Counted from the whole stretch's first letter, positions 12,398 through 24,515 are shown. The stretch is DNA of 53,574 nucleotides, filler included, from Stramenopiles sp. TOSAG23-2 (GCA_900128395.1; 4 parts of 4 records of this genome joined end to end with filler, not necessarily neighbours in it), one strand, 5' to 3'. The notes: generated by a model from the sequence alone, not told the origin. Program-made: numbers and translations.

Positions 12398-13365
12398 TTA
12401 TGCCTCATCCATATTGTTCAACCATCGATTTGTCCAATACGAATCACCAACATTTTCTTCTTCCTCGTCAAAAAGGTAACTCTTAGTAGGCCTCTTGAGA
12501 TTTCCAGGATTTCTTGCAGATCTTCTTTTTTCTCTTTCTTCTCTTCTTTTTTCTCTTTTTTCAGCACCACGGAGCTTTGAACCTTTTTTTATTGGAGGTG
12601 GAAAATATTGACATGCTTCTTCAGTGGATCCTTGGGTGGCACAACGACAGTACAAATATGATATTTCATATTTATCAGTGGAAATACCATTACGACTTAA
12701 TACTTTAAGAGCACGATCAAAATATTGTGTTCCGGTACCACCTACATAAGAATGTACATCATTTACACATTTATCCCAAGCTTCATTTTTGATTAAGCAT
12801 TCTGGTACAGGGCAATTTCGTATTTTTGGTAAACGATTATAAACATATTTGTTACACCTGTTACACTGCTCTTCGCAGTTATTAGCGCAAGGTTGTGTGC
12901 GCCAGCCAGGAACTTTGCCACCGCGATCATTACAAACTTGGTAGCATTTATCGTAACAGTTTTGATTAACTTCATATTTTTTATTTCCTGCAGATCTCCC
13001 AGGGCGATAACCAGCATCACAACGGTCAACGTCTTCATCACTTTCATCAAAGTTAAATGGATTTAGAGGCACACCACGTCCAGCTGGTTGATATTCGTAT
13101 CCAATTTCACTACCAAAGTCATATGTTGCACCGTCATCCATCATATCGAATTTAATATCCTTCCATGGTTTTTTTGGTTTTTTAAAGGAATCATCACATG
13201 TCAACTCAGTATTTTTGAGACGTTCACTTTCTATGACACCAAGTGCAGTTGCTTGAAAAGATGCAGTAATAAAGTGGATATCTGCTTCTTTGATTGCTGC
13301 ATCTCTTTTTTTCCATTCAAGCTTTGTGCTTTTAAATCTACCTCCCATGCTCGATTTCGATTTTA
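12398..13365 (-). CDS. Cys-rich hypothetical protein with acidic spacer motifs; possibly 5'-partial and 3'-degraded
   Basis: ORF 12398..13348 stays open to the contig end. It has a Cys cluster (CYDKCYQVC...CANNCEEQCNRC) and FDESDEDVD / FDEEEENVG motifs. Coding-like sequence with stops continues to ~12150. Confidence 0.6.
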
Positions 13366-13465
13366 NNNNNNNNNNNNNNNNNNNNNNNNNNNNNNNNNNN
13401 NNNNNNNNNTTAATTAATTAANNNNNNNNNNNNNNNNNNNNNNNNNNNNNNNNNNNNNNNNNNNN
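13366..13465. other. Artificial contig linker N44-TTAATTAATTAA-N44
   Basis: 100-bp spacer with stops in all six frames, identical at three positions. Confidence 0.98.
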
Positions 13466-13940
13466 TTGATGGATGTGGCCTTGAATAAAATATAAATATT
13501 TTCGGAAATTTATGTTATCATAAAATTAAAAATATACGTTTTTGTCATTTTGGTTAAATATAAGTATAAAATAGACTACATCATGTTGATAGGTGTCGTT
13601 TTCACTTCGAGTAAGTCTTTCCTTGGGAAGACTCTGCGCTTGCCAGGCTTGCCCAGCTTGCCCAGCTTGCCAGGGCTTGCCAGGGTAAGGGCTCTCGCAT
13701 ATAAATGAAATAAAAAACTGAACTAATAATAATACATCGAAACACATAAATAATATAATATTCATTAAATAGAATCGATCAACATATTATATTTGTTACA
13801 TTTACCGATAGATTACATAGATAGATAACCAAGCGAATTTGTGTAAAATCAAATATAGAATACGAAATATAAAACATATCGTATTTGTCAAGGTTTTTTT
13901 TTTTAAATCAATCAGGACAAACTATATAGAAAAAGATTGA

Positions 13941-15231
13941 ATGAAGTGCTTCCCTCTTAATATTATTTGTGTGCTTCTGTTTGTTATTAGTAGTATAACT
14001 AATAACGTACAAGGAGAACACACACACACACACACACAATGTCAACAATACAAAGAATTATCTGGTGACTGTGGCGGGAACGATATTAAATGGATTAGAG
14101 ATAAAAGTACAACTGAATGTATCAACGAATGCAATAAAGATGCAAATTGTGCTGGATTTACATATGCTCACGGAAATGTAGATGGCAGAGTGGGTAGCAA
14201 TGGTTGTTGTTTAAAAAGTAAAAGCTGTGGTACACCTGCCGGTGTTTGTGATCCAACTCAACAGCACTGTTTCCACGCCAAACCAACAAGAGAAGAAGAT
14301 TGCGAGACTAGAAATAATGTTGATGACAATCCATCTACGGGCTATTTTCTAGGAGAGTATGGTACAAATTTTGAAGATGCAAAACAATATTGTGAGGAAA
14401 GAGGTTCGATGCTTGCAATTATAAAAAATGAATATAGTCAGCACGAAGCTGCTGAAATATGTGGAACACATTCGTGTTGGATTGGATTAGTTGAGCATGG
14501 AGATCGAGATGGGACATGGAAATGGTTAGATGGCGAGACACTTTCATATGATAATTGGGAAGATGGAGAACCAAATAACTACGGTGGGAAAGATGAAAAA
14601 AATGGCATGATGAATTGTTGCTCAGAGGAAGCAGACCTTATCAAAGGTGGTAAATGGGTCGATGTGAAAAAGGAAGATTTACATTCGTCTCGTCCTCTTT
14701 GCGGTATAGGTGGTGAGAAGCCTCATGATGACGGCGGTGTTGGGGGCTTAATTGCTTTAATAATCTTGATTATGTTATGCGGTGGTGTTATAACCTGTAT
14801 TATTTGGTGTTGTGCCAAACAATCAAATGGATTCAACCAACCACAAAATAATGTTATTGGAGTCACATCGCCACCACATATGGTTCAGCAAGTACAAATG
14901 GTTCCGCAACAGCGTGTCCAGAAAGTTACTGCTGTGCAGCAGAATGGTCAACCTATACAAGGCCAAGGCTTTGTAATGCAAAATGGTCAACCTATGCAAG
15001 GTCAAGGCTTTGTAATGAGTCAACCTATACAAGGTCAAGGCTCAACCTATGCAAGGTCAAGGCTTTGTAATGAGTCAACCTATACAAGGTCAAGGCTACA
15101 TTACTCAACAACCTGGAATGAATAACTTTAACAACCGACCATCAATAATGATGAATCAAAGTGCTACAGCTCCAGAACCAGTTGTTGTACAAGCTACATA
15201 TACGAATTCGGTCAATCGTCAAAATATATGA
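13941..15231 (+). CDS. Type I membrane receptor: signal peptide, PAN/apple-like domain, C-type lectin domain, TM helix, Gln-rich repeat tail
   Basis: PAN-like ECINECNKDANCAGFTY..CCLKS; CTLD NFEDAKQYCEERGSMLA..CWIGL..WKWLDG..NWEDGEPNN with EPN motif; TM GLIALIILIMLCGGVITCIIWCC. A 55-bp duplication (14987-15041 and 15042-15096) shifts the frame into ORF 15049..15231. Confidence 0.9.
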
Positions 15232-15278
15232 TATTAATTTTGTGTGTTAATATAGAATTTAGAATATATATATCTAGA

Positions 15279-15310
<32 letters not shown>

Positions 15311-15866
15311 GTATACAAAATTATCATGAGTAAATTAAAAAATAAGTTATGCATTAAAAAATAAGTATATATATATATATATATACAAAATTCAAAATTA
15401 CTATAACTAGATAACTATTAACTATTAGCTATATGCATATCGTGTTAAAATTTTTAGGTACCAAAATCGTACTTGATAGAATATATTTAATTTGATAGGT
15501 ACCATTTTCACATTTTTCACATCGATTCACCGATTCCCGATTTTAATTTAGATTCCCGATTCCCGATTCCCGATTCGTGCATTCCCTACGGATCCTCTCT
15601 AATGGATTCCGTCCAATAATAATAAATCCAATAATAATTAGAATAATAGCAATATGGGACAAAAGGAAATTCTACTATATCATCATCATAGAATAAGAAG
15701 TTGCTATACAGATATATATATTAATATGTACACTAGGTTTGAATATTTCTTTTATATTTATATATCACATATAGGTTTGTCTTATTCTGTTTTTTATTTC
15801 TATAAAATAATCGTGTTTTCTTTTTTTTTCCCAAAGTATCAACCAACAAATAAATTTATATAATAT

Positions 15867-17316
15867 ATGTCGAAAAAAAAAGTATTGCCATGTGCAATTA
15901 CATTATTAAAAGAACGTTTTTTATTATCTGCAATGACAAATGAGAATTTAGGAAATATATTAAATAGAATGGCATGTGATTATAGAGACGATGAAATAGC
16001 GCAAGCGACAACTCCACCACCATCTGTATATGTAGGTTTTGATCCGACGGCAAGTTCTTTGCATGTTGGAAATCTTGTATCGGTACGTGCGTTAGAAATT
16101 TTTCAAGCATCTGGTTTTCGTCCAATAGCTTTAATAGGTGGTGCAACTGGATTAATTGGAGATCCAAGTGGGAAAAGTACAGATCGTATATTATTAAATG
16201 TAAAACAAGTGGAAGAAAATCAGTTTGGCATTGAAAAATCATTAAAGCAAGTATTAGATTTCAACGGAAACAATAATCAACAGATCAAAATGGTAAATAA
16301 TATAGACTGGTATGATAATATGTCAGCTTTTGAATTTGTTCGTGACATTGGTCAACATTTTCGATTGTCTCAAATGTTATCAAAAGATAGTGTTCGAAAT
16401 CGTTTAGAATCAGATGTTGGGATAAGTTTCACGGAATTTTCATATCAAATGTTTCAAGCCCATGATTTTTATCATTTATATAACAATGAAAATTGTATAT
16501 TGCAAATTGGTGGTAGTGATCAATGGGGTAATATAGTTGCTGGATGTGAATTAATACGTAGACGTTTGGGTAATAATGATGATAATAATAATAATAATAA
16601 TAATGCATATGGTATGACGGTCCCATTGATGACCACTGCAAGTGGTGAAAAAATTAGGAAAATCTGCTGGAAATGCTATATGGATTGATCCAGATAAAAC
16701 GTCTCCATATGATTTTTATCAATATTTCATGCAAATTAAAGATGAAGATATTGTAGGCTTAATACCATTAATGGGCGTACATGTAAATATGAATGGTGAA
16801 GGTGAATATATCCATGATGATTATGATAATGAATTTTCATTAAATAAAGCAAAAGATGTAATAAAATTACATCAACAAGATCCTGGGAAAAGATATGGTC
16901 AAACATTTTTAGCTGAATCTATGACTACATGGGTACATGGTGAAGAAGTATGTCAAAGCGTACGCAAATTATCAAAAACTTTATTTCAAAAAAAGAAAAA
17001 AAGTAGTAATAATAGTAACGATATCAAAGACATGTTAAAAATGGCATTAAAAAATGGCAATGTTACCAAAGTAGAATTAAGGAATGATGACCTATCATCA
17101 ATAACAATTATAGAATTAAGTATGAAATGTAATGCGATTAAAAGCAAAGGTGAAGGTAAACGTTTGGTAAAGAATGGTGGATTATATGTAAACGATGTAC
17201 GAGTTGAAAATATTAATGAAATATTTGATATGGAAAAACATATTGTAGACGATCAATTTGTAATAGTACGTGTTGGTAGAAAATCACAATACATTATTCA
17301 AATATCGTTGTTGTGA
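15867..17316 (+). CDS. YARS2: Tyrosyl-tRNA synthetase, bacterial/mitochondrial type (one frameshift)
   Basis: YVGFDPTASSLHVGN (HIGH motif), QIGGSDQWGNI, KLGKSAGNAIW (KMSKS motif), C-terminal S4 domain (SKGEGKRLVKNGGLYVND). An extra A in the run at ~16648-16653 splits ORFs 15867..16688 and 16642..17316. Confidence 0.95.
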
Positions 17317-17667
17317 TTGATAAAATGTTTTGTTGTGGTGTAAAACAATGGGAAAAACAAAATAAAAATGAAAAGAATGTCTGTGTGTGTGTATATTTAA
17401 TTATTTCGTACGAACCGTATTATTAATTTATCAATATACATCCAGTATTTCATTAATACTGCTGATTATAATAGAAAAGTAATAAATGATACGCGCATAT
17501 GGTCAGTAACAAGAAACAAGTAAAATATTTAACCTGTCTCTATATACGGAGAGCGTAATTCGTTTTAATTTATTCATATATATATATATATATAATATTG
17601 AGAAACACGGAAACACATAAGTATAATATTTTAAATATTAAGAGAATTTTTTATATGATATATATAT

Positions 17668-18522
17668 GACCCACCGGCGATAAGATCCGTACGATTTGGG
17701 TAAATACCTTAATATTAATAGGGGGTATCCCTTGATAATCCCGATATTTTTGTATACTAAGTACCTATGATTTAGTACATAATGTGTTTTACTACCCTTT
17801 TCCTGTACTCAAAGTCTACGGAAATTAGATCCGTACGATTTGGGTAAATACCTTAATATTAATAGGGGGTATCCCTTGATAATCCCGATATTTTTGTATA
17901 CTAAGTACCTATGATTTAGTACATAATGTGTTTTACTACCCTTTTCCTGTACTCAAAGTCTACGGAAATTTAGTAGACACTGTAAAATGGAACCAAAAAA
18001 TTTCTTCTGCTAAATAAATCCACTTCCTGGTGTCGTCTGAACCTGAGGTTCGAGTATAGAAAAGCTCTTATTCCAGGTTATGCAGTGTGTAGGTCGGAAA
18101 AACTGAAAATGGAAAAAATTTTATTTCACAAGGATGCGCATGGACCACCAGTTCCAAAAAAAAAAATATTTTTTTCTTGTGACTTCCCAAAACTTTTTCA
18201 TTGCTCGTGTGATTGCATTTTGTCTCGCCTTGTCTCAGATTGCATAACCTGGCATGTTAAAAATCATCTCGTGAAATTTTTTTGGACAAAAATAAAATTT
18301 ACGTAAAAAATTTAGCAGAAGAAATTTTTTGGTTATTTTTTACAGTATTGGATAGGTGCTGGTAATCTTCTTGGGTCTTTGAGTACAGGAAAAGGGAGTA
18401 AAACACATGTTATACTAAATAATAGGTAATTAGTATACGAAAATATCGGTAATATCAAGGGATACCCCCTATTAATATTAAGGTATTTACCCAAATCGTA
18501 CGGATCTTATCGCCGGTGGGTC
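17668..18522. mobile_element. Non-autonomous DNA transposon (MITE, MULE-like) with long terminal inverted repeats
   Basis: gacccaccggcgataagatccgtacgatttgggtaaatacc... at 17668 is the reverse complement of the sequence ending at 18522; imperfect inverted match extends ~200 bp. atatgatat lies near both flanks (possible 9-bp TSD with AT slippage). A 146-bp duplication sits in the left TIR (17682 and 17828). No transposase. Confidence 0.85.
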
Positions 18523-18902
18523 ATATGATATATTTATATTTATTCTCCGCCTTCCTATGATGCCCATTTTCCATCAGCTATTATGAGTAGTTGATACTAT
18601 CTATTTACCTTCATTGGTATTTTCGATTATGAGAATATCAACACACTTGTGTGAGATAGATTATTTCAGTTATTTTATTCTTTTGAAGAGTAGGAATTAT
18701 CATGAGTAAATTAAAAATAAATTATGCGTAAATTAAATTATATTTATAATAATTTTACTTCCCGTGCTATGATAAGCTAAGTAATATCATATATATATAT
18801 GCTCAATACTCAATCTCAAGAATAATATTTTCTAATCCCACTATTAGTAAAGCTCTAAATGCACACAAAATGTGATATAATATATACGAGTATATCTTGT
18901 TT

Positions 18903-19013
18903 TTAGGACAAGCGCTCAAGCGCAATACTCGCAGCTCCATATCCTTTTGCTGCTTTTGTATACCATTCAACTGCTTTTTTGAGATCCTTTGTAACGCCAT
19001 GACCATTTATTTT
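18903..19013 (-). pseudogene. Single Sel1-like repeat fragment
   Basis: Minus-strand translation KINGHGVTKDLKKAVEWYTKAAKGYGAASIALERLS* fits the Sel1 consensus G.GV.KD..KA.EWY.KAA. Confidence 0.75.
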
Positions 19014-19520
19014 TTATATTTTAGTTTTAATAACACGTAATTCTTTTTCTAATATACTAATACGATGTCGAAATTGTTTACTTTCATCATCAGCTTGTTG
19101 TTTTAATTCTTCTAACCTACTTTCAATCCTTCCTGTACATATCCATATATCATTATGAACTAATTGGTTAAAATATACAGATGCAGCAACACTTCCAAAA
19201 CCAAAACCGACAAGTAATGATGTTAAGGACCATTTTGATTTACCACTATCATTTGCTGCTTTTTTGAGGTTTTGTTGATAATCCACTGTTTTAAATTTTT
19301 TCATTTCGTCAAGTTTTCTAAAACCTTTACCAGAGGATGATGAACTAGTTACTGCTGTTGATTCATTATGTTTATAACTAGTTTTATAAAATATCTTTCT
19401 TTTTTGTTGAATATTTATTTTGAAATAATTTAATAATTTATTCTTGCTTTTATTACTACTACTACTACTAGTACAATGCTGGATATATTTTGCATGACGA
19501 CATGTACGTGATAACAACAT
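19014..19520 (-). CDS. Probable mitochondrial single-pass membrane protein with C-terminal coiled coil
   Basis: 168 aa; basic, acid-free N-terminus (MLLSRTCRHAK), TM LLVGFGFGSVAASVYF, heptad-rich tail. Confidence 0.75.
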   Translation of the reverse strand: MLLSRTCRHAKYIQHCTSSSSSNKSKNKLLNYFKINIQQKRKIFYKTSYKHNESTAVTSSSSSGKGFRKLDEMKKFKTVDYQQNLKKAANDSGKSKWSLTSLLVGFGFGSVAASVYFNQLVHNDIWICTGRIESRLEELKQQADDESKQFRHRISILEKELRVIKTKI

Positions 19521-20285
19521 ATTGATTGTGTTTTGTGCTGATGTTTTTAATTAAAAAACTAAAATGCAATAACAAGCAATCTATTCCGCCGATTGTCCGT
19601 CCTTTGCAACAAAAGTATTAAAAATGATTGAAAGGATCTTCTTCTTTCACTTTGACTTCATGTATTATATATTGTGCTATTTATATTCATTCAAAATAAA
19701 AAATATAATATCGTTCTTCTATCCATCACAGCAAAAAATCTAAAAAAAAATTAAAATCATAATATAATAGAGTGGGCGGGAAATGTCACCACCTCGATGC
19801 CAGAATCCATCACCACGGATTCATTATTTCAATTTTATATAATAAGTTTCAAAATATACCAGAAAATGTAGTAAAACATGAACGCCAATTAGCATATAAA
19901 TAATATTACAAACTACTTACTTTCAATCACATAAAAAAAACTTACCTAAATCCTTTTTTTATCAATTTTTTATGGCGATGACAATGCTATTCCCTTGCCT
20001 TTTTTACGTATCAATCAAATTTTGAAGGAGGATGAGAGGTCATAGTCCATTTTAGGGTCCATCAAAAAGAAATTGAGCTTTGTATAGCATGCATTTACCA
20101 TTAGCTGTTTTTCAAACTAAAAAAAACACACATAGAAAAAAACAAATAGAGATAGATAGATAGATAGATAGATAGATAAAGAAAAAGAAAACAAAAAACA
20201 AAAAAACAAAAAAACAAAATCAAAACAATCCACGCTTACGTAAACAAGATACAAAAAATCGAATTATATCAATTAATAAAAAACA

Positions 20286-21116
20286 ATGTCATCAGAAACC
20301 ATGGGCAGTAATAATTCCACCACAAAAACCGAAGATCAAGTAGTTGAATCATCCAAAAGTGTCGAAGAAACTAAAACAGAAAATGTTGAAATTGTTGATG
20401 AACCTGTAAAATCAATCGATGCGAAAGGTGAAGATAGCTCGGAAAAGAAAAGCGACGAAAAACCTGTAGAGGAAAAAAAAGATGAAGAAAAAGTCGATGA
20501 AAATAAAATGGATGTTGAAAAAGATGATAGCGAAAAAAAAGATAGTGAAGTCGACGAAAACAAATCAAATGCAAGTGAAGAAGCAGCTAAAGTCGAAGAA
20601 GATAAAAAAGAAGAATCAGATACTACTGCAGCAGCAGCAAAAGATGATGATGCTGATGAAAAAGTAGCAGAAACAACTGACGAAAATGTTGATAAATCTA
20701 AATCCCCAGAAGAAAAGAAAGATAACGAATCTGTTGAAAAATCCGACGTAGTGAAAGAAAGCGAAGATTCGAAAGAAGATGCAGAAGAAGATAAAAAATC
20801 TACTGATGAAACAACCCCAGTCGTTGAAAAGCCAAAAGATGTCGATGTTAACAAAGAACCAGTTGCTGATGAAGATTTGAAAAAAGATGAAGCACCAATT
20901 GCAAAAGACGACGATGTCGAAATGTCCGAACCAAAAGAGACAACATCAACTGCTGGTAGCAAACGTAAAGAGAGTCCAGTCGCAGAAGATGATGCAAAAA
21001 TTGATGGTAGTGCTAAACGTGCGAAAGTAAACAAAGTAGACGAGAAAGTTGATGAAGTTGTTGAAAAAGCAAACGAAGTTGAAAGTACTGCGTCAAAAGA
21101 TGCAATCGTCGCTTAA
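20286..21116 (+). CDS. Acidic E/D/K-rich disordered protein with a bipartite NLS-like motif
   Basis: 276-aa ORF with no aromatic or Cys residues; SKRKE...AKRAK near the C-terminus; A-rich start context. Confidence 0.85.
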   Translation: MSSETMGSNNSTTKTEDQVVESSKSVEETKTENVEIVDEPVKSIDAKGEDSSEKKSDEKPVEEKKDEEKVDENKMDVEKDDSEKKDSEVDENKSNASEEAAKVEEDKKEESDTTAAAAKDDDADEKVAETTDENVDKSKSPEEKKDNESVEKSDVVKESEDSKEDAEEDKKSTDETTPVVEKPKDVDVNKEPVADEDLKKDEAPIAKDDDVEMSEPKETTSTAGSKRKESPVAEDDAKIDGSAKRAKVNKVDEKVDEVVEKANEVESTASKDAIVA

Positions 21117-21620
21117 GAAAAAAATATTTATATATATTTCTGGAGAATGTATATATTTACTTCATCGCATATGAAACTAATCATTTGTCGTTTCAATGAA
21201 TCGGTATACAAATAAACACGCACGCTTTTACATATATATATATATAAATAATATATGTGTTTATCACGGATATCATTGATATCCATAATCATTTCATCAA
21301 TTCAAAAAGTACATTATATTTTATAAAAAAAAAAATAAAATATAAAAACAAGAAAATCTTACCAAAGGAACGTAAGAGAAATATTACAGAATCATCATTA
21401 TAAGTGCGAAACGTAATTTTTGTTAACACAAAAAATGTGTATTATACTGTTAAAATATATAAGATTAAAATAAGATTTAAAAAAGATTTTATTTTTCTTT
21501 AATTTTTATATATATGACATAATATTAAAAAAAGAAAAAATTAAAAAAAAAGCTTTTTTATAATACCATCTCGGTCGTCTCCTCCATTACGTATACATGT
21601 ATATATATATTTTCAAACTT

Positions 21621-22835
21621 TTACGAATTCAATTTTTCTAAATTTTCCTTTGAACATATCGTAGTCTTCAATAAATCATTTAGTTTCACATCTAATGATA
21701 CATACGCATCTGGTTGTTGATATTCTGCTAATGCACATATTGCTTCCAACCATGCACGTGTATCTAATGTTTCACCACGAACAATTTTCTGCGTTGCAGC
21801 ATCATCAGCACCCCGGCGTTTTACTTTCACCGTGGAATCATAAAAACTTAACAAGTCCCACTTTTCTGCATGATGTCGTCCTTTCACGCTACCAGCTTCA
21901 TCTACTATACTTTTTAAATCTAACCCTTTCCCACCACCACACGCATTTTGAAAAATTTGACGCGCACTCATTTGAGATACTTGTCGTATACGAATATTTT
22001 TTATCATATCATCTTCAGTTAATGATGTGACTGTGTTCAAATTTTCTGCACCAGCTGTACGGGCCGCAACTCGTTTACTTCTATCTTTTGAACTTTGTGA
22101 TGGACCTGTCTCTTGTTCTAACAATGAATAGTCTTTCAAAAATTGCATCCATTCATTTACATTCATACTTTTTTGCCAATTTTTCAATGGTGGAAGTTAG
22201 GTCATTTGGCAATGATGTCTAGAACAATGAATAGTCTTTCAAAAATTGCATCCATTCATTTACATTCATACTTTTTTTGCCAATTTTTCAATGGTGGAAG
22301 TTAGGTCATTTGGCAATGATGTCTAGTACCAATCCAGCAGCAGAGAAAGCTTATATTGCATTATTGAAACGTATTGTGTTGAAAGAATGGCATAATTTAG
22401 TAATTCAATTAAAATTCAACAATTTACAAGATAGTATTGACGACCATAGTAACAGAACACGAGATACAAAACGTGGAATATTAGCACTGAGGCAAGAAGT
22501 CGTTTTGAAGCGTCATGAGCTAGTTCGCCTAATGGAATCGCTCGTAAGTTTTCTCTTCTCTGTTTCCTAGCAGCTTCTTCTATCTCTTTTCTACGTATTA
22601 CCATGACATCTTCATCCATTGCATTTAAAAGTGCATCTTGTAATTTGAAGGATTGCTTTGTACGTGGAGAGGACCATGCTGCATTTTGATTTGTTTTATT
22701 TAATACAAGTTTTACAGGTGATTGTACAACACTAGTTGGTGGTAAAGATCGAACATGCAATATTTGTTTTTCCTTTCCATTTGGAGAATGTTGATATGTT
22801 ACATAATCATAATCTTCTATTTTCGTATCTTCCAT
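21621..22835 (-). pseudogene. Hypothetical protein gene disrupted by an internal inversion, a duplication and an in-frame stop
   Basis: ORFs 22416..22835 and 21621..22187 are bridged by segment 22326-22543, which codes on the + strand. There is a ~103-bp duplication (22120-22222 and 22223-22326) and a TAA in QMT*LPP. Confidence 0.7.
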
Positions 22836-23429
22836 ATCGTTTTGAAAATGCAGCTATGGCGGTATATCTTCATGCGTTTCTATATTGTTTTGTTTTTAAT
22901 GTGTCATTTATTTTGGAAACATCACACATGTAAGTATACACATGTATATGGATATATATATATATATTTAGAACATAAATAAATATGACAAAAAAAAGTA
23001 ACGACAAAAAAAAAAAAACTTTCTCTGTCACAAAAACCTTAAATATTTGCAATACATATTTTAAGATTTTAAGCCCAGCTGGGCCAGGGCAGAGAGGACA
23101 GCCAGGACAGCAGTCGTCTGGCAGTTGCACAAAATATTACCGTACCTGTGATAAATAGAATTACAGAGGTAATATGATGTGGAATGTGGAATGCTGGAAT
23201 GCCATGGAATGCCTGGGATGTATTATATAATACTTTCGTATCCTCGTAATACTATTAATAAGTGGTATAATAATACGGTCGGTAACCTGATGTATTACCT
23301 GGTAAGTCGTCTGTCGTCTATTTATATATACCAGCCTTTTTTTATTAATTCACATAGGACTACATATACTTTATTATAGTAATATATTGCAAAAGAAGAA
23401 AAGACAATATAATCAAGAATGTGTGTTTT

Positions 23430-24515
23430 TTATTCTTTCTGGACAATTACACTAATATCCTCCTCCTTCTTATTTTTAGAATATTCTTCATCTGCTTTAT
23501 GTTTACTAGTGGTACCTGTATCTCTGTAAATATTGCCTTTGCAAAATATCATCAACTCAAGTTCGGTATCACGAAATAAAGTATACAAGCCACTGACAGA
23601 AAATAACAAGGTTTGTATAAAAATCGATCGTTGAATCGGTCGTTTATACATAATATATGGCATACCATCCCATTGATATTTTAAAAGTATAATAAATTCA
23701 CCTTTGGAATCCATTCCCCCATTACCCATTGTTATTCGCCAAATATTTGTTATCAAAATGATTAAAAAAAGTATTCCAATAATTATAACAAACAATCTAC
23801 TTTTTACTTTAAATGAATCCATAAACACAAACAAATTAATAAACAAAAATAATAAAATATCGAATATGAATGGCCGCCCTGCATCAGGTTTATATCCATT
23901 AATTATTACATGTGCAATACTCATCGAAAGTATAATAATGACGTTGGATTCTTTTAATAATTTTCGAATAATGACATAACTAACATTTTTATAATAAATC
24001 ATAAATATACCTATAAGAACAGGTAAAGCAGCCAACATAACCACCATACTTATAATCTCATTTCTATCTTTAAAAATATTCAACGTAACAGAAACAAATG
24101 CAAAAAACAAAGACAATCTTTGACCATGTTTGATTCTCCAGCGTAAATTATTATCTATATGAAATACTTGGCCATATACCGTAATACTTTTACGTTGAAA
24201 CACGTCTGGTCCATGAATTAGCTCAACGATGGATTTTCTATTTTGCAGTTTTTGCATCCATGTTTCTCCTTTTTTAATTACACTATTACTACGTCGATTG
24301 TTTATGCCGGAAGAAGGCAGCATTGCTGCTGCTGGTGGCGAACTTTCGTTTTCCTCAGTGTTACTATTTTTTTTATCAACTGTAATTATCTTCTCTTGAA
24401 TTACGTCCAAATTACTGCTGGTATTTTTATTCTTACTTGCTGCTTGTACAACACTTTTCTCTTCTTCATCTTTCCCCTCCTCTTTATCTTCCTCTTTATG
24501 TACATATTTTGACAT
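23430..24515 (-). CDS. Multi-pass membrane protein (about 6 TM), family not recognised
   Basis: 361-aa ORF with a hydrophilic N-terminus followed by several hydrophobic helices. Confidence 0.85.
   Translation of the reverse strand: MSKYVHKEEDKEEGKDEEEKSVVQAASKNKNTSSNLDVIQEKIITVDKKNSNTEENESSPPAAAMLPSSGINNRRSNSVIKKGETWMQKLQNRKSIVELIHGPDVFQRKSITVYGQVFHIDNNLRWRIKHGQRLSLFFAFVSVTLNIFKDRNEIISMVVMLAALPVLIGIFMIYYKNVSYVIIRKLLKESNVIIILSMSIAHVIINGYKPDAGRPFIFDILLFLFINLFVFMDSFKVKSRLFVIIIGILFLIILITNIWRITMGNGGMDSKGEFIILLKYQWDGMPYIMYKRPIQRSIFIQTLLFSVSGLYTLFRDTELELMIFCKGNIYRDTGTTSKHKADEEYSKNKKEEDISVIVQKE

Noticed and set aside
13366-13465. TTAATTAATTAA palindrome within N-runs as a biological site
   Set aside because: The identical 100-bp spacer occurs three times between contigs of decreasing length (13365, 13332, 13291, 13286), so it is a concatenation linker.
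16640-16660. Programmed frameshift in TyrRS
   Set aside because: A single extra A in a homopolymer of an essential gene is more simply a sequencing or assembly error.
11074-22310. Stop-codon reassignment explaining the in-frame stops
   Set aside because: Conserved genes terminate normally at TAA and TGA and contain no internal stops; the stops occur only in ORFs that also carry frameshifts or rearrangements.
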